Source: Candidatus Kapaibacterium sp. (GTDB lineage Bacteria; Bacteroidota; Ignavibacteria; Kapaibacteriales; UBA2268). Taken from it: a stretch of DNA of 64,000 nt. A model generated the notes under the pieces. It was given only the letters and a program-made list of their open reading frames with translations, did no database searches and was not told the origin of the DNA. The stretch covers positions 1,527 to 65,526 of the forward strand of contig CALHGZ010000004.1 of the NCBI GenBank assembly GCA_938031175.1, written 5' to 3'. Below are positions 1 to 10,594 of the stretch, piece after piece. Each line of letters begins with the position of its first letter. The stretch's first letter is position 1. A program made the translations under genes and the position numbers.

Positions 1-111
1 TAAAGAGCTTTTTGAGTTGAAGTCAAGATTAATTTTTGGATTTCCCCAATATATTGGAATGCAGTTTACCTCCATTGCTTTGTAAACTTTGTCGGTTGTA
101 TTAACGTGCAT
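1..111 (-). pseudogene. Fragment of a GT10 (alpha-1,3-fucosyltransferase-like) glycosyltransferase, running off the window edge
   Basis: Manual translation of the minus strand gives MHVNTTDKVYKAMEVNCIPIYWGNPKINLDFNSKSSL, which matches the GT10 motif TEKxxxAxxxxCIPIYWGxPxIxxDFNxKS. An in-frame TAG lies at 118-120 and the upstream gene ends at 217, so there is no room for the normal N-terminal half. Confidence 0.6.
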
Positions 112-216
112 CTCCGACTAATCACGGTATGCAGTAACAAAATCCACAATCAGTCGAATTTAATATAGCCTTTATTTTCAAATAGCATTCATATTAATCA
201 ACGAATATATAGATAG

Positions 217-1671
217 TTAATTTTTATTCTTTTTATTACGCGGCTTGAGTAAAAGATATCCGGGATAGTCGAATTCCTTGTGTTCGATTAGTTCCCCATT
301 ATCGATATATTTGACAACTCCAGATTCATATAGCCAAATTGGATTGTGGACAACAATGAAGTCAGGTTTGTAATATTCATACCAGCTTGACAAATCACCT
401 TTTTTTAAATAATCTGCACTTTTAGGGGATATAAGTCCTAAAATATCTACAATATAAAGCTCAGAATACCAGCCAATGTGACCAATTTCAATGCAAGCAA
501 TTTTAGCATCTTTTGAAATGTTCTCTTTCAGCCATAGACCAATATTTTTATAGTCAATTTCTTTGGTTTCGCCTTGTAAAATTATAAATGATCGGATTAG
601 TATTGTAATTATGTAAATACTTGCTAATGAATTTATTAGGAAGTTTAATGTATTGTCTTTAAATTTTTGTGCTAAGTATTTTTGCAAAGTTATCAAACCA
701 AACGCAAAATAAATAAATCCAAAAAGGTAATATGGAGAATAATACCAGGGATAATTCGGTATATTCAACGAAGTATAAAATATTGTTAATACAAGCAGAT
801 ATAAAAGAGAGATCTGAATTAATTTATTTGTTTTTATATTTATTAAAATTCCAATTATAGAGATAATTGCCATTATGATCAGGAAAATTTTAGGAAAGAT
901 TGGGAAAATCATCCAATTGCTATTATAAAGCATAGTTCCTGCACGTAGGAAAGGGAAATTGCCAAATATACCTGAAGTACCCTGAGCAATTTTTGAAGAT
1001 AAAGTTGTGGGTAAAAGCGTACCATAAATGTAATAATTAACTGAATAAAAAATTAAAACGATTGTCAAAGGTAATATGAAATTTTTAATATTTGGAATTC
1101 TACTATTTTCGATGAAATAGTATATCAGTAATATAATAATAAGAAACAAATATTCGCCTCGGGTTAGGAAAAGTAATGCTGAAAGAGTAAAAAATAATAA
1201 ATCTTTTTTCTTGAAAAAAAAGTATAAACACAAACAAAGTAAAAAAAGGGATAATGTTATTTCTAATCCGAAACTGAGATAGAAAAAACAAGATGAGACG
1301 AGCATCAGGGAAGGAACGATGTTAAAGGGGAATTCAATTTTTTGTAATTTCATTAATTCTATTAGTACTATTGCAGTAAGTATTAAAAAAAAACCGGAAA
1401 AAAGATGCATTGATAGTGGGATATGGGAAAAAAAGTAAGATACAGCCAAGCCGAGATATGTATAAAGTTGAGATGATAGAGCATTTATATATTCTCCCGG
1501 ATTATAAACAAGACCTAAACCATTTATTGCATTTCGGAAATATCTATAATAAATCATTGCATCATCGAGCGTTAGATTGCGGCTACGGTAGATGAGCAGA
1601 CAAGAAGTAATTATTATTATTAAATTGGCTAAATTAGCTTTTATTTTGCTCCATTTAATTGTTTTAATCAT
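217..1671 (-). CDS. Polytopic membrane protein, GT-C (ArnT/PMT-like) glycosyltransferase
   Basis: About 11-12 hydrophobic segments, the acidic loop motif DDAMIYYRY after TM1, an RGE motif, and a soluble C-terminal domain with EIGHIGWYS/DILGL. Confidence 0.65.
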   Translation of the reverse strand: MIKTIKWSKIKANLANLIIIITSCLLIYRSRNLTLDDAMIYYRYFRNAINGLGLVYNPGEYINALSSQLYTYLGLAVSYFFSHIPLSMHLFSGFFLILTAIVLIELMKLQKIEFPFNIVPSLMLVSSCFFYLSFGLEITLSLFLLCLCLYFFFKKKDLLFFTLSALLFLTRGEYLFLIIILLIYYFIENSRIPNIKNFILPLTIVLIFYSVNYYIYGTLLPTTLSSKIAQGTSGIFGNFPFLRAGTMLYNSNWMIFPIFPKIFLIIMAIISIIGILINIKTNKLIQISLLYLLVLTIFYTSLNIPNYPWYYSPYYLFGFIYFAFGLITLQKYLAQKFKDNTLNFLINSLASIYIITILIRSFIILQGETKEIDYKNIGLWLKENISKDAKIACIEIGHIGWYSELYIVDILGLISPKSADYLKKGDLSSWYEYYKPDFIVVHNPIWLYESGVVKYIDNGELIEHKEFDYPGYLLLKPRNKKNKN

Positions 1672-1898
1672 AAATAAAGGTCTCGGGATGTTTTAGAAGT
1701 TATTATAAATTAATTTAATTTTGTTATTAAAGATATTTGTGAAAATCAACATAATAAAATTGGCTATTATTTGAGTTTAGGGTAAAAAATAATTATCAAA
1801 ATATTAGCGAATATTTGCAAATTATTTCTAATTATTGTTACATAAACTATTTTATATAATTAATTTTAAATATTTTGATAAAATCATTATTGTAATAT

Positions 1899-3176
1899 TT
1901 ATATTTTGTTGGTTATAATTTCGTACTCTAAACGCAAAAGTTCAATTTCTTCGTTAGTAAGAGATTTATTTCTTCTAGCCATAACGATTTTAGCGACGTC
2001 AATAGCTTTTTCGAATTTGTAATGACTGCAATCTTTTGTACCCCGCCAGGCAAATGAAGGAATATAATTTGGTAACATCCCGTCAGCAATGATTATTGCA
2101 GCAATACCAGAAACTGTACCGGTATTGAATGAAGTATTAATAGCAGTTTTTGTGTGATCCCCACAAAGCAAGCCAAGGAACATCTTTCCCGTGTTTATTT
2201 CTTGCTTAGGGAAGCGTACCTTTATTTGTGAGTAGGTATTCTTGAGGTTGGAATTATTCGTATTAGCGCCTAAATTAACCCACTCTGAAATAAATGAATG
2301 CCCGAGAAAACCATCGTGTTGTTTATTAGAAAAAGATTGTATTATAGTTGATTCTATTTCACCACCAACTTTGCAAAATTCACCGAAAGAGTTGTTGGCG
2401 TATATTTTAGCACCTATTTTAATGCTTGAATTTTTACCAATATAACAAGGACCCAAAATAACAGCATTGGGCATAATAGATACGCCGTCATCGATGATTA
2501 CGTATCCATCACTAGCATCAATAACAACACCGGGACTAATTTTTGTGTTTTTAGCAATTTTGATTGAGGATTCATTAATTAAATGCACTCCATTTTTTTT
2601 TAGATCGGAAAAATCAATTTGATTTTCGTAAAAACGTGAGTCATCATTAATTGCATCGCCATTAAAGTAAATTGCATCCCATAAGTAATTAATTACTTTT
2701 GGTTCTTGTACTTCTATAGTTGGTAAAACCCTGCCATATTCATCCAAAGTTTTAGGGAAAAAAGTTTTGTCTGTTTCGCTTGGATTAATGTATTCATCTT
2801 TATGTATAAATACCATAAAGGGAACCTGATTATAGCTAAATGTAACAGATTTTGATACATTTTCTTGCTTTGAATATTTTTGATATTTTGAAATAATCTC
2901 ATTCCATAATCTATCGGTAGGTAGTATTGCTGAATGATAAATAAGGATATTCTCTTTTGAGAGTGTTTCGTTGTTAAAGTTGAATCTTTTTAGAAATGAA
3001 TTAAGGTGCTTATCTCTACCACTAAATATTAAGCGGGCATCAGGAAACTGTTTTTTAATTTTTTCAAAAATTCTTAAAGCCCCACATCTAATTTCCCATA
3101 GTGGATGCATAATTGAAAAAGGATATAGCAAATTGGTTTTTTCTGGTTCGAAAATAAGTACGGCATCAATATGCAT
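1899..3176 (-). CDS. GlmU-family sugar nucleotidyltransferase/acetyltransferase (Bacteroidetes/Chlorobi type)
   Basis: N-terminal LYPFS..HPLWEIRCGA, hexapeptide left-handed beta-helix repeats, and SNKQHDGFLGHS/WVNLGA. The start was moved to ATG 3176, 1 nt past the FKBP stop. Confidence 0.8.
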   Translation of the reverse strand: MHIDAVLIFEPEKTNLLYPFSIMHPLWEIRCGALRIFEKIKKQFPDARLIFSGRDKHLNSFLKRFNFNNETLSKENILIYHSAILPTDRLWNEIISKYQKYSKQENVSKSVTFSYNQVPFMVFIHKDEYINPSETDKTFFPKTLDEYGRVLPTIEVQEPKVINYLWDAIYFNGDAINDDSRFYENQIDFSDLKKNGVHLINESSIKIAKNTKISPGVVIDASDGYVIIDDGVSIMPNAVILGPCYIGKNSSIKIGAKIYANNSFGEFCKVGGEIESTIIQSFSNKQHDGFLGHSFISEWVNLGANTNNSNLKNTYSQIKVRFPKQEINTGKMFLGLLCGDHTKTAINTSFNTGTVSGIAAIIIADGMLPNYIPSFAWRGTKDCSHYKFEKAIDVAKIVMARRNKSLTNEEIELLRLEYEIITNKI

Positions 3177-3177
3177 T

Positions 3178-3615
3178 TTACTTAATCTCCAATACTTCAA
3201 TTTCAAAAATTAAAGTGGAATTAGCTGGTATATTTCTAACTTTACGATTACCATAACCAAGTTCTGGAGGAATTACAACAATTCTTTTACCCCCTTTTTT
3301 CATTGTCAGAATAGCTTCGTTCCAACCTTTTAAGATGGCTTCATCGCCCAAGGTGAATGTCAGAGGTTTTTGTTGCGTATAGGAGTTTTCGAAAATAGTA
3401 CCGTCTTCGAGTTTTCCAATGTAATTGACTGTAACTTGTTGTCCCTCGCGTGGATAGTTGCCGCTTCCCAGCTGTAAATCGATGTATTTCAGACCTGAAG
3501 GTGTAGTTGAATAATTGGCATAAGGATCTTTAGTAGATGTATCAATTGTAGTTTTACTTGTTTTGCAGGAAACAAGTATAGCAAATGCTAAAATTATAAA
3601 AAATAAGTGTTTCAT
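3178..3615 (-). CDS. FKBP-type peptidyl-prolyl cis-trans isomerase, lipoprotein
   Basis: Lipobox LVSC and the motifs TPSGLKY, VNYIGKLEDG, IPPELGYG, IPANSTLIFEIE. Confidence 0.93.
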   Translation of the reverse strand: MKHLFFIILAFAILVSCKTSKTTIDTSTKDPYANYSTTPSGLKYIDLQLGSGNYPREGQQVTVNYIGKLEDGTIFENSYTQQKPLTFTLGDEAILKGWNEAILTMKKGGKRIVVIPPELGYGNRKVRNIPANSTLIFEIEVLEIK

Positions 3616-3617
3616 AT

Positions 3618-5261
3618 TTAACTCCTTGAATTATTTGTAGATTTTCTATATTTTAAAGCAGCATTGATAAAACTAATAAATAATGGACTTCCAGTAACAG
3701 CTCTTGATTTTAACTCGGGATGGAATTGTACGCCAACAAACCAGGGATGCCCGGAAAGTTCAATAATTTCAACAAGCTGACCATCGGGCGATAAACCGCT
3801 CATAATCATTCCTTTTGATTGTAGTAAATCACGAAAATTATTATTTAACTCGTATCTATGTCGATGTCTTTCAGAAATTTGAGTAGTTTTGTAAGCATCG
3901 TATGCAATAGTGTTTGGTTTAATTATACATGGATAGGCACCTAAACGCATGGTTCCACCTTTGTCTTTGATTTTCTTTTGCTCGTCCATAAGATCAATGA
4001 CGTTATTTTCAGTCTTGGCAAATTCAGCTGAATGGGCATTTATTAGATTGCATACATTACGAGCAAATTCGATGACGGCACATTGCATACCGAGGCAGAT
4101 TCCGAAAAATGGTATTTTATTTTCACGAAGATATTGAATGGAAATAATTTTTCCGTCAATACCTCTTGAACCGAAGCCGGGTCCAACAAGTACTCCATCA
4201 AGATTATGAAGTTTTTCTGCTACATTTTCAAGTGTAATTTGTTCTGAATCAATTAACTCGACATTGACATGTGTATTATTAATTGAGCCGGCGTGGATGA
4301 ATGCCTCCAAAATACTTTTATAGGAATCGCGATATTGAGTATATTTACCGACAAGCCCTACATTAACTTGATATTTGGGATTTTTTATACGGTGAACAAA
4401 CTTAGTCCATGTATTGATTTTAATCGGCTTTACTTTCAATTTCAGTTTATTTAGGATAAGTACATCTAAATTTCTCTTAGCAAACATCAAAGGGACTTCG
4501 TATATTGTAGTTTCTGCATCAGGTACATCGATTACTGCTTGGTCATCAACGTTACAGAATAAAGCAATTTTACTACGAATATCTTTGCTAATTTTGTGTT
4601 CACATCGGCAAAGAAGTATATCTGGGCGTATTCCTGACTCCATTAATGCTTTGACTGAGTGTTGGGTGGGTTTTGTTTTAAGTTCACCAGCACCTTTGAT
4701 ATAGGGTACAAAAGTTAGATGTAAATTGAGAACAGATTGTGGTCCCTTTTCAAGGCCAAGTTGTCTTTGTGCTTCTAAAAATGGTAGAGATTCAATATCA
4801 CCGACGGTGCCACCTATTTCTATGATTATGAAATTATATTTTCCATCGAAAAATTTGATTCTTTTTTTTATTTCATCAGTGATATGTGGAATAACTTGAA
4901 CAGTTTTGCCGAGATAATGCCCTTTTCTTTCTTTGGTTATTACTTCGTAGTAAACCTGTCCGGCGGTAGTATTATTATGTCTTTGAAGTGACTCTCCTAA
5001 AAATCTTTCGTAATGACCAAGATCTAGATCAGTTTCGGCGCCATCATCGGTAACATAGACCTCGCCATGTTGAAACGGATTCATTGTACCTGGATCCACA
5101 TTTATGTATGGATCGAGCTTCATTATTGTTACACTATAGCCACGTTGTTTTAACAATAATCCCAATGATGCCGAAGCTATACCTTTTCCTAAAGATGAAA
5201 GCACTCCACCAGTTATAAAAATATATTTGGAGCTTGCTGGTGGATTTGTGTTACTATCCAT
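3618..5261 (-). CDS. pyrG: CTP synthase
   Basis: [32 protein letters not shown], glutaminase GICLGMQ and QFHPE. Confidence 0.99.
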   Translation of the reverse strand: MDSNTNPPASSKYIFITGGVLSSLGKGIASASLGLLLKQRGYSVTIMKLDPYINVDPGTMNPFQHGEVYVTDDGAETDLDLGHYERFLGESLQRHNNTTAGQVYYEVITKERKGHYLGKTVQVIPHITDEIKKRIKFFDGKYNFIIIEIGGTVGDIESLPFLEAQRQLGLEKGPQSVLNLHLTFVPYIKGAGELKTKPTQHSVKALMESGIRPDILLCRCEHKISKDIRSKIALFCNVDDQAVIDVPDAETTIYEVPLMFAKRNLDVLILNKLKLKVKPIKINTWTKFVHRIKNPKYQVNVGLVGKYTQYRDSYKSILEAFIHAGSINNTHVNVELIDSEQITLENVAEKLHNLDGVLVGPGFGSRGIDGKIISIQYLRENKIPFFGICLGMQCAVIEFARNVCNLINAHSAEFAKTENNVIDLMDEQKKIKDKGGTMRLGAYPCIIKPNTIAYDAYKTTQISERHRHRYELNNNFRDLLQSKGMIMSGLSPDGQLVEIIELSGHPWFVGVQFHPELKSRAVTGSPLFISFINAALKYRKSTNNSRS

Positions 5262-5376
5262 TTAGTAAATCCAAATTTATCACAAATTTTCAAAATTAAA
5301 AAAACAAATATAATGAAAATTTTATGCTACATAAATAAATTTGTAGAAGTTTATAAACAGATTTTAAAAATTTAAA

Positions 5377-6390
5377 ATGAAATTAATAATATTTTTAGTG
5401 ATTACTGTATTAGTATTGTATAGTGGCTGTGAGAATGGACAACTTCCAAAACAAGTAATAAATGTAGTTTCTAATATTAGGGATTCAAGTTTTCAAAAGA
5501 TTTTAACTGAGATTATATCTGAATTTGAGAATGATAATATTGAGATTAATTTAGTAATTTCAGTTCATTTTCAGAATTGGGATGTTGCGATAACTGATAT
5601 AGCGTTGATTGATAAAATGATTGCAGATAACAATTTGAAAAATATAGCTTGTATCCAATTCCCAAATTTATACCAAAATCATATAATTTATTCTAATCGT
5701 TCAGATTCAATTATAGCTGTTCCTGTACTTATAAATCTTGTATTACTATATTCTAATCTTGATCTGTTGAAAAGTATTAATTATGACCCTCAGCAAGAAA
5801 TTAATGAATATGATATATCAAATTTAGCAGAGCTAATTTTTATACCTGATTCCATTTATGGTATGGGGTGTATTAATAATGATTTTGTTTTAACTTTTGC
5901 ATATCATAAAATGTATGGAGGAATCCAAGATTGGGTTAAAAGTGATTTTGATCAAATGATCAATAATTTAGAATTAAATTACTGCAGAAGTGGAATTTTT
6001 GAGACAAAATTTTTCGTTTGGAACTTATTTCTCCGTAACAGGGTTGCTTTTGTCATCGGAGATAATGAGTTGCTTGAAAAATTAAAACTAGCAGACGAAA
6101 AATTTAATTACAAAATCTCTCCTATAATAAATAAGCCATCCCCAAAAGTGCTTTCTAAAAATATTTATGCAATGATAAATGCACAGAGTAATAAAGATTC
6201 GATTGCTTGTCTTTTTATTAAACATTTAATTTCAGAACGAAATTTGTCTAAGTTTTATTCTAATTGCACTTTTTTAGGTTTTCCCTCGGACTCAACCTTG
6301 ATTGAAGGAATTTTAGAAAAAAGTAAGAATAACAAAATAATTGAATTATTAAGAATTAGCCAGCCTTTTAGAAAATTTACTAATTATTAA
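5377..6390 (+). CDS. Lipoprotein, probably a divergent extracellular solute-binding protein (SBP family 1-like)
   Basis: Lipobox LYSGC. IIAVP..LLYSNLDLL and FLRNRVAF resemble sugar SBP motifs. No ABC permease is adjacent. Confidence 0.5.
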   Translation: MKLIIFLVITVLVLYSGCENGQLPKQVINVVSNIRDSSFQKILTEIISEFENDNIEINLVISVHFQNWDVAITDIALIDKMIADNNLKNIACIQFPNLYQNHIIYSNRSDSIIAVPVLINLVLLYSNLDLLKSINYDPQQEINEYDISNLAELIFIPDSIYGMGCINNDFVLTFAYHKMYGGIQDWVKSDFDQMINNLELNYCRSGIFETKFFVWNLFLRNRVAFVIGDNELLEKLKLADEKFNYKISPIINKPSPKVLSKNIYAMINAQSNKDSIACLFIKHLISERNLSKFYSNCTFLGFPSDSTLIEGILEKSKNNKIIELLRISQPFRKFTNY

Positions 6391-6589
6391 TTTATTCTTG
6401 TTTATTAATATATTCCTTACTTAATTTCAACGATTAGCCTCAAATGTTTTTAAATGATTTTGAATGCTTTTCAAATGATCATAATTCAATTGTATTAATT
6501 TAAATCGTCTATGATAAAAAATGCAACATTTTAGTTATAAAATTTATTGGATAATTTTGTAATTTGATTAGTATTCTCTATATTGAGTA

Positions 6590-6603
6590 TTAGTTTAACC
6601 TAA
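6590..6603. promoter_or_regulatory. DtxR/MntR/SirR-type operator upstream of feoA
   Basis: TTAGTTTAACCTAA is one mismatch from the palindrome TTAGGTTAACCTAA. It lies 18 nt before the feoA ATG, and a DtxR-family gene is in the same cluster. Confidence 0.7.
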
Positions 6604-6621
6604 ATATTTAAAATTTTGAAT

Positions 6622-6870
6622 ATGGAATATAAATTAATAGATGCCCCTCTCGGAAAGATATTGAAAGTGACAGGTATTAAAGCAGGCAAAGATGCCCGCC
6701 ATCGCCTATATGCTCTGGGTGTTCATATTGGAGATAAAATAATCAAATTGAGCAATACCAAATGGCGTCCACAATTGATTCAGAATTTAACAAGCGATAG
6801 CTCAAAAATTGCAATCGGGAAAGGCTTATCAGAAAAAATATTTGTAACTGAATCAATTGATGAAAATTAA
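6622..6870 (+). CDS. feoA: Ferrous iron transport protein A
   Basis: SH3-like FeoA motif RLYALGVHIG...IAIGKGLSEKI; overlaps the feoB start. Confidence 0.9.
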   Translation: MEYKLIDAPLGKILKVTGIKAGKDARHRLYALGVHIGDKIIKLSNTKWRPQLIQNLTSDSSKIAIGKGLSEKIFVTESIDEN

Positions 6871-8797
6871 TAATAAAAATATTGATTTTGTAATAGCACT
6901 TGTGGGTCAGCCAAATAGTGGAAAAAGTACTTTGTTTAATGTTTTGGCTGATATTAAAGTTTCAACATCAAATTTTTCAGGCACTTCAGTACAAGTTAGC
7001 CAAACGGTGCTTTCTTACGGTGGTTTGAATTTATTACTTGTTGATTTGCCCGGTACTTATTCATTAAATTCAACATTTGAACATGAAAGAATAACATTTG
7101 ATTATCTATTGAATAGTAAGGTTGATTTGATAATTAACGTTGTTGATGTCTCCCTTCTTACGCGTAGTTTAGAGCTTACAGTTGAACTTACTGAATTAAA
7201 TAAACCAATGATCATTGCTTTGAATATGTATGATGAGGCGATTAGTCAAGGAATTAGTATTGATGAAAATAAATTATCGGAAATACTAGGTGTTGATGTA
7301 ATTCCGACAATGGCAATTTTTGGCAAAGGTGTTAAGGAATTGATGGATACAGCGATAAATAACCTTAGATTTCGTAAGAACAAAGCATCAAAATTTTTAT
7401 TTACAAGCAAAATTGAGCGTTCGATAAATGAAATTGAAAATGAAATAAAAAGGCATTTAAATGGCAACAGCGAATTGGCTCGATTCTATGCAATAAAAGC
7501 ATTAGAGAATCCTGAATTGCTTAAGATTAGTATAAATTCTGATGTAAGAAATAAAATAAAAACAATTGAAAAAGCAATAGTAAGCGACCGTAATCAGGAT
7601 TTGTTTGAGATATTTTCATACGAACGTCATCATATTGCTATGAAATTGTCAAAGCAAATCAGTACTTTTAAAGATACAAGAAAAAAACCAATTAAGCAGA
7701 AAATTGATGAGTTGCTACTTCATCCTGTTTTAGGTTATATATTTTTATTACTGGCATTATTTTTATATTTCTTTTTGATTTTTATTGTTGGTGATACGGT
7801 TTCAGGTTTAGTTGAAACACCTTTATCTAAGTTACCGGAACTATATGAGTCATTATCTGAGAATCAGCCATTTCTATGGTACAGCATAAACGGGGCTTTT
7901 ATGGGTCTAATGGGTGTTTTTGGGATTGTTCTGCCCTATTTTTTACCCTTGATATTTTTAACATCAATATATGAGGAGACAGGCTATACAGCACGAATAG
8001 CATTTTTACTTGATGGACTTTTCCATAAAATAGGTCTTCACGGTAAATCAATAGTGCCATTTATTTTAGGTTTTGGTTGTACTGTACCAGCATTATATGC
8101 CTCGCGAATAATCGAAAGCAAACGAGATAGGACAATAACAGGTATTTTATTGACATTTATACCCTGCTCAGCAAGGATTGCTGTAATTTTCGCTTTAGCA
8201 GCTGCTTTTACAGGTCCAATATGGGCTATGGTTGTTTTCGCATTTGTATTGCTTGTAGTTTCTTTGAGTGGTAAGGCATTATCTAAAGTACTGACTAAAC
8301 CATTAGGATTAATACTTGAAATTCCAAATTTAAAATTACCATCAATAAAAATCTCGTTGGAAAAAACCTGGCGCAAATTAAGGGAATTTTTAAAAGAAGC
8401 GGTACTGTTCTTGTTAATGGGCAGTATAATTTTGGGTTGGTTAGAATATTTTCATTTTGATGTTTACGTTAATAGCTTATTCGCCCCGATTTTGCACAAT
8501 TTACTTGATTTACCAGTTGAACTTGGCTCTACTTTAGTTTTTGGTTTTTTACGTAAGGAACTGATTATTGTGATGTCAACACAGGCATTGGGAGTGGCAA
8601 CTTTATCAGCATTGCCTTTGACTGTAGAGCAGGTAATCGTATTTATTATTTTTGTAACACTTTATTTTCCTTGTTTGGCAACATTTATTGTTATGACTAA
8701 AGAATTCGGCTGGAAAACAAGTGTTTTTGCTGCAGTATTTAGTATAACGGTAGCAACAATTTCTGCATTTTTATTTAAAATAATTTTGTCTATATAA
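6860..8797 (+). CDS. feoB: Ferrous iron (Fe/Mn) transporter FeoB
   Basis: G1 GQPNSGKS, G3 DLPG, G4 NMYD, gate motifs GFGCTVPA and IPCSAR, and a C-terminal membrane domain. Confidence 0.97.
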   Translation: MKINNKNIDFVIALVGQPNSGKSTLFNVLADIKVSTSNFSGTSVQVSQTVLSYGGLNLLLVDLPGTYSLNSTFEHERITFDYLLNSKVDLIINVVDVSLLTRSLELTVELTELNKPMIIALNMYDEAISQGISIDENKLSEILGVDVIPTMAIFGKGVKELMDTAINNLRFRKNKASKFLFTSKIERSINEIENEIKRHLNGNSELARFYAIKALENPELLKISINSDVRNKIKTIEKAIVSDRNQDLFEIFSYERHHIAMKLSKQISTFKDTRKKPIKQKIDELLLHPVLGYIFLLLALFLYFFLIFIVGDTVSGLVETPLSKLPELYESLSENQPFLWYSINGAFMGLMGVFGIVLPYFLPLIFLTSIYEETGYTARIAFLLDGLFHKIGLHGKSIVPFILGFGCTVPALYASRIIESKRDRTITGILLTFIPCSARIAVIFALAAAFTGPIWAMVVFAFVLLVVSLSGKALSKVLTKPLGLILEIPNLKLPSIKISLEKTWRKLREFLKEAVLFLLMGSIILGWLEYFHFDVYVNSLFAPILHNLLDLPVELGSTLVFGFLRKELIIVMSTQALGVATLSALPLTVEQVIVFIIFVTLYFPCLATFIVMTKEFGWKTSVFAAVFSITVATISAFLFKIILSI

Positions 8798-8831
8798 TGT
8801 TTTAATTATTAGCAAGAATTAAATACAATAT

Positions 8832-8850
8832 TTAGTTAATATTAACATAA
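8832..8850. promoter_or_regulatory. Candidate second DtxR-family operator (autoregulation)
   Basis: TTAGTTAATATTAACATAA, with perfect palindromic core GTTAATATTAAC, directly before the SD (AAGGAG) of the regulator gene. Confidence 0.45.
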
Positions 8851-8861
8851 AAGGAGTAACA

Positions 8862-9524
8862 ATGATAAGTCAAGCAATTCAAGATTATTTAAAAACAATT
8901 TACAAGCTTCAATTTAATGATAAAGCTGATGAAACTGTAACAACAACAGCAATAGCCAATGAGTTAAATATTTCCGGAGCATCGGTAACAGGAATGTTAA
9001 AAAGGCTTTCCTCGATGGGATTAGTTAATTATAATTCTTACAAGGGCGTTACTTTAACTGAATCTGGTAAAAAGATAGCTCTTGAAATTATTCGCCATCA
9101 CAGACTTCTCGAATTATATCTTAAAGAGATTCTTGGCTTTTCACTCGAAAAAGTCCATGATGAAGCCTGTCGCTTGGAACACCATATTTCGGAAGAATTT
9201 GTAGATAAAATAGATGATATGCTCGGTAATCCCGAATTTGACCCACATGGTCATCCAATTCCAACTAAAAAGGGTGAAATTCCTGAATGTATCGAGCCAG
9301 CGCTTTACACTGTGGAACCTGGTACTGAAGTTGTTATAAAGCGTTTATCTGATGAAAATCCCGAAATGCTTGCATATTTCGAAAAATTAGGTTTAGTACC
9401 TAAAGTTCGTATTTCACTAATAGATAAAGCACCATTTCACGGACCATTGACAATAAAATTTAACGATAAAGAGCATATAATTGGGCATGAGTTAGCAAAA
9501 TGTATATTCGTTGAACCGGTGTAA
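8862..9524 (+). CDS. DtxR/MntR-family metal-dependent repressor with C-terminal FeoA domain
   Basis: QDYLKTIY wHTH, RHHRLLELYL, EACRLEHHIS, DPHGHPIP, and an SH3-like tail. Confidence 0.95.
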   Translation: MISQAIQDYLKTIYKLQFNDKADETVTTTAIANELNISGASVTGMLKRLSSMGLVNYNSYKGVTLTESGKKIALEIIRHHRLLELYLKEILGFSLEKVHDEACRLEHHISEEFVDKIDDMLGNPEFDPHGHPIPTKKGEIPECIEPALYTVEPGTEVVIKRLSDENPEMLAYFEKLGLVPKVRISLIDKAPFHGPLTIKFNDKEHIIGHELAKCIFVEPV

Positions 9525-9547
9525 AATTTCTAAATCCAATTTAAGTA

Positions 9548-10474
9548 ATGCTGAATGATGGCAGTAGTCAGTTAAGAAGCCAATCCTTAGTAAGTGGCAA
9601 AAGGTTGCTTCTTGCAATTTTCATTAATTTCACGATAACCTTAGCAGAAATAATCGGTGGATTGTTGACTGGTAGTCTTGCACTTCTATCCGATGCACTC
9701 CATAATTTTAGCGATGGATTTGCCATCATTTTAGCTTATGTAGCAAATAGGTATTCTACTCGTGCTTCAAATTATAAACAAACATTTGGATATAAACGTG
9801 CAGAGATATTATCAGCATTTTTAAATTCGATAATTTTAATCGCAATTTGTATATACTTGTGCTTTGAAGCTCTGAAGCGACTTTGGGAACCTTTGCCAAT
9901 TGAAGGCGGGTTAATGTTAATAATTGCATTTATTGGCTTGTTAGGCAATTTAGCTTGTGTTTTGTTATTAAAACAAGACAAAGGAAATAGTCTTAATCTT
10001 AAGGCAGCATATCTGCATCTATTAGGAGATACTTTATCTTCAGTAGCTGTAATATTAGGAGCTGTGTTAATTATTATATTTGGGATTTATTGGCTTGATC
10101 CATTGCTATCTATTGCAATCGCTTTATATATACTCAAGGAAACATTTGAGGTAACCAAAGAAACTGTGGATATTTTAATGCAATCTGCACCCGAAGATTT
10201 GGATATTGAAAAAATTAAAAAATATGTTTTGGCAATTCCTGAAATAAAAGATATTCATCATATCCATATCTGGAGATTAAACGATAGCCAGATACACTTC
10301 GAATGCCATGTCGAATTGAACAAAGATTTATGCGTAAGCGAGTCCGGCAGAATTATAAACCAGCTCGGAAAAATTTTACAGGATGAATTCAATATAACCC
10401 ACACAACATTTCAGATAGAATATGAATCAAAACATAATAAAAATACTATATATAATACCCCCAATTGTTGCTAA
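9548..10474 (+). CDS. Cation diffusion facilitator (CzcD/ZitB-like Zn/Co/Cd exporter)
   Basis: SLALLSDALHNFSD, TFGYKRAEIL, AYLHLLGD (HD-HD site), and the HHIHIW C-terminal domain. Confidence 0.95.
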   Translation: MLNDGSSQLRSQSLVSGKRLLLAIFINFTITLAEIIGGLLTGSLALLSDALHNFSDGFAIILAYVANRYSTRASNYKQTFGYKRAEILSAFLNSIILIAICIYLCFEALKRLWEPLPIEGGLMLIIAFIGLLGNLACVLLLKQDKGNSLNLKAAYLHLLGDTLSSVAVILGAVLIIIFGIYWLDPLLSIAIALYILKETFEVTKETVDILMQSAPEDLDIEKIKKYVLAIPEIKDIHHIHIWRLNDSQIHFECHVELNKDLCVSESGRIINQLGKILQDEFNITHTTFQIEYESKHNKNTIYNTPNCC

Positions 10475-10521
10475 TTATTGTAAAATATCTATGAAATAGC
10501 TAATTTTGTAATTGAGTAAAA

Positions 10522-10594
10522 GCCAGCATAGCTCAGTTGGTAGAGCAGCTCACTCGTAATGAGCAGGTCGGCGGTTCGAGTCCGCCTGTTGGCT
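10522..10594 (+). tRNA. tRNA-Thr (anticodon CGT)
   Basis: Acceptor stem GCCAGCA/TGTTGGC, D-arm GCTCAGTTGGTAGAGC, anticodon arm GCTCA-CTCGTAA-TGAGC, T-loop GTTCGAGTC. CCA is not encoded directly after the discriminator. Confidence 0.97.

Noticed and set aside
1200-1400. Poly-A/T tracts (8-9 nt) as phase-variation switches in the GT-C gene
   Set aside because: Such runs are common throughout this AT-rich sequence and encode Phe-rich TM segments in an intact frame.
6552-10508. Bacteroidetes-type TAnnTTTG promoter elements (e.g. TAATTTTG at 6552 and 10501)
   Set aside because: The positions before feoA and the tRNA are plausible, but the motif is too likely by chance at this base composition to call without TSS data.
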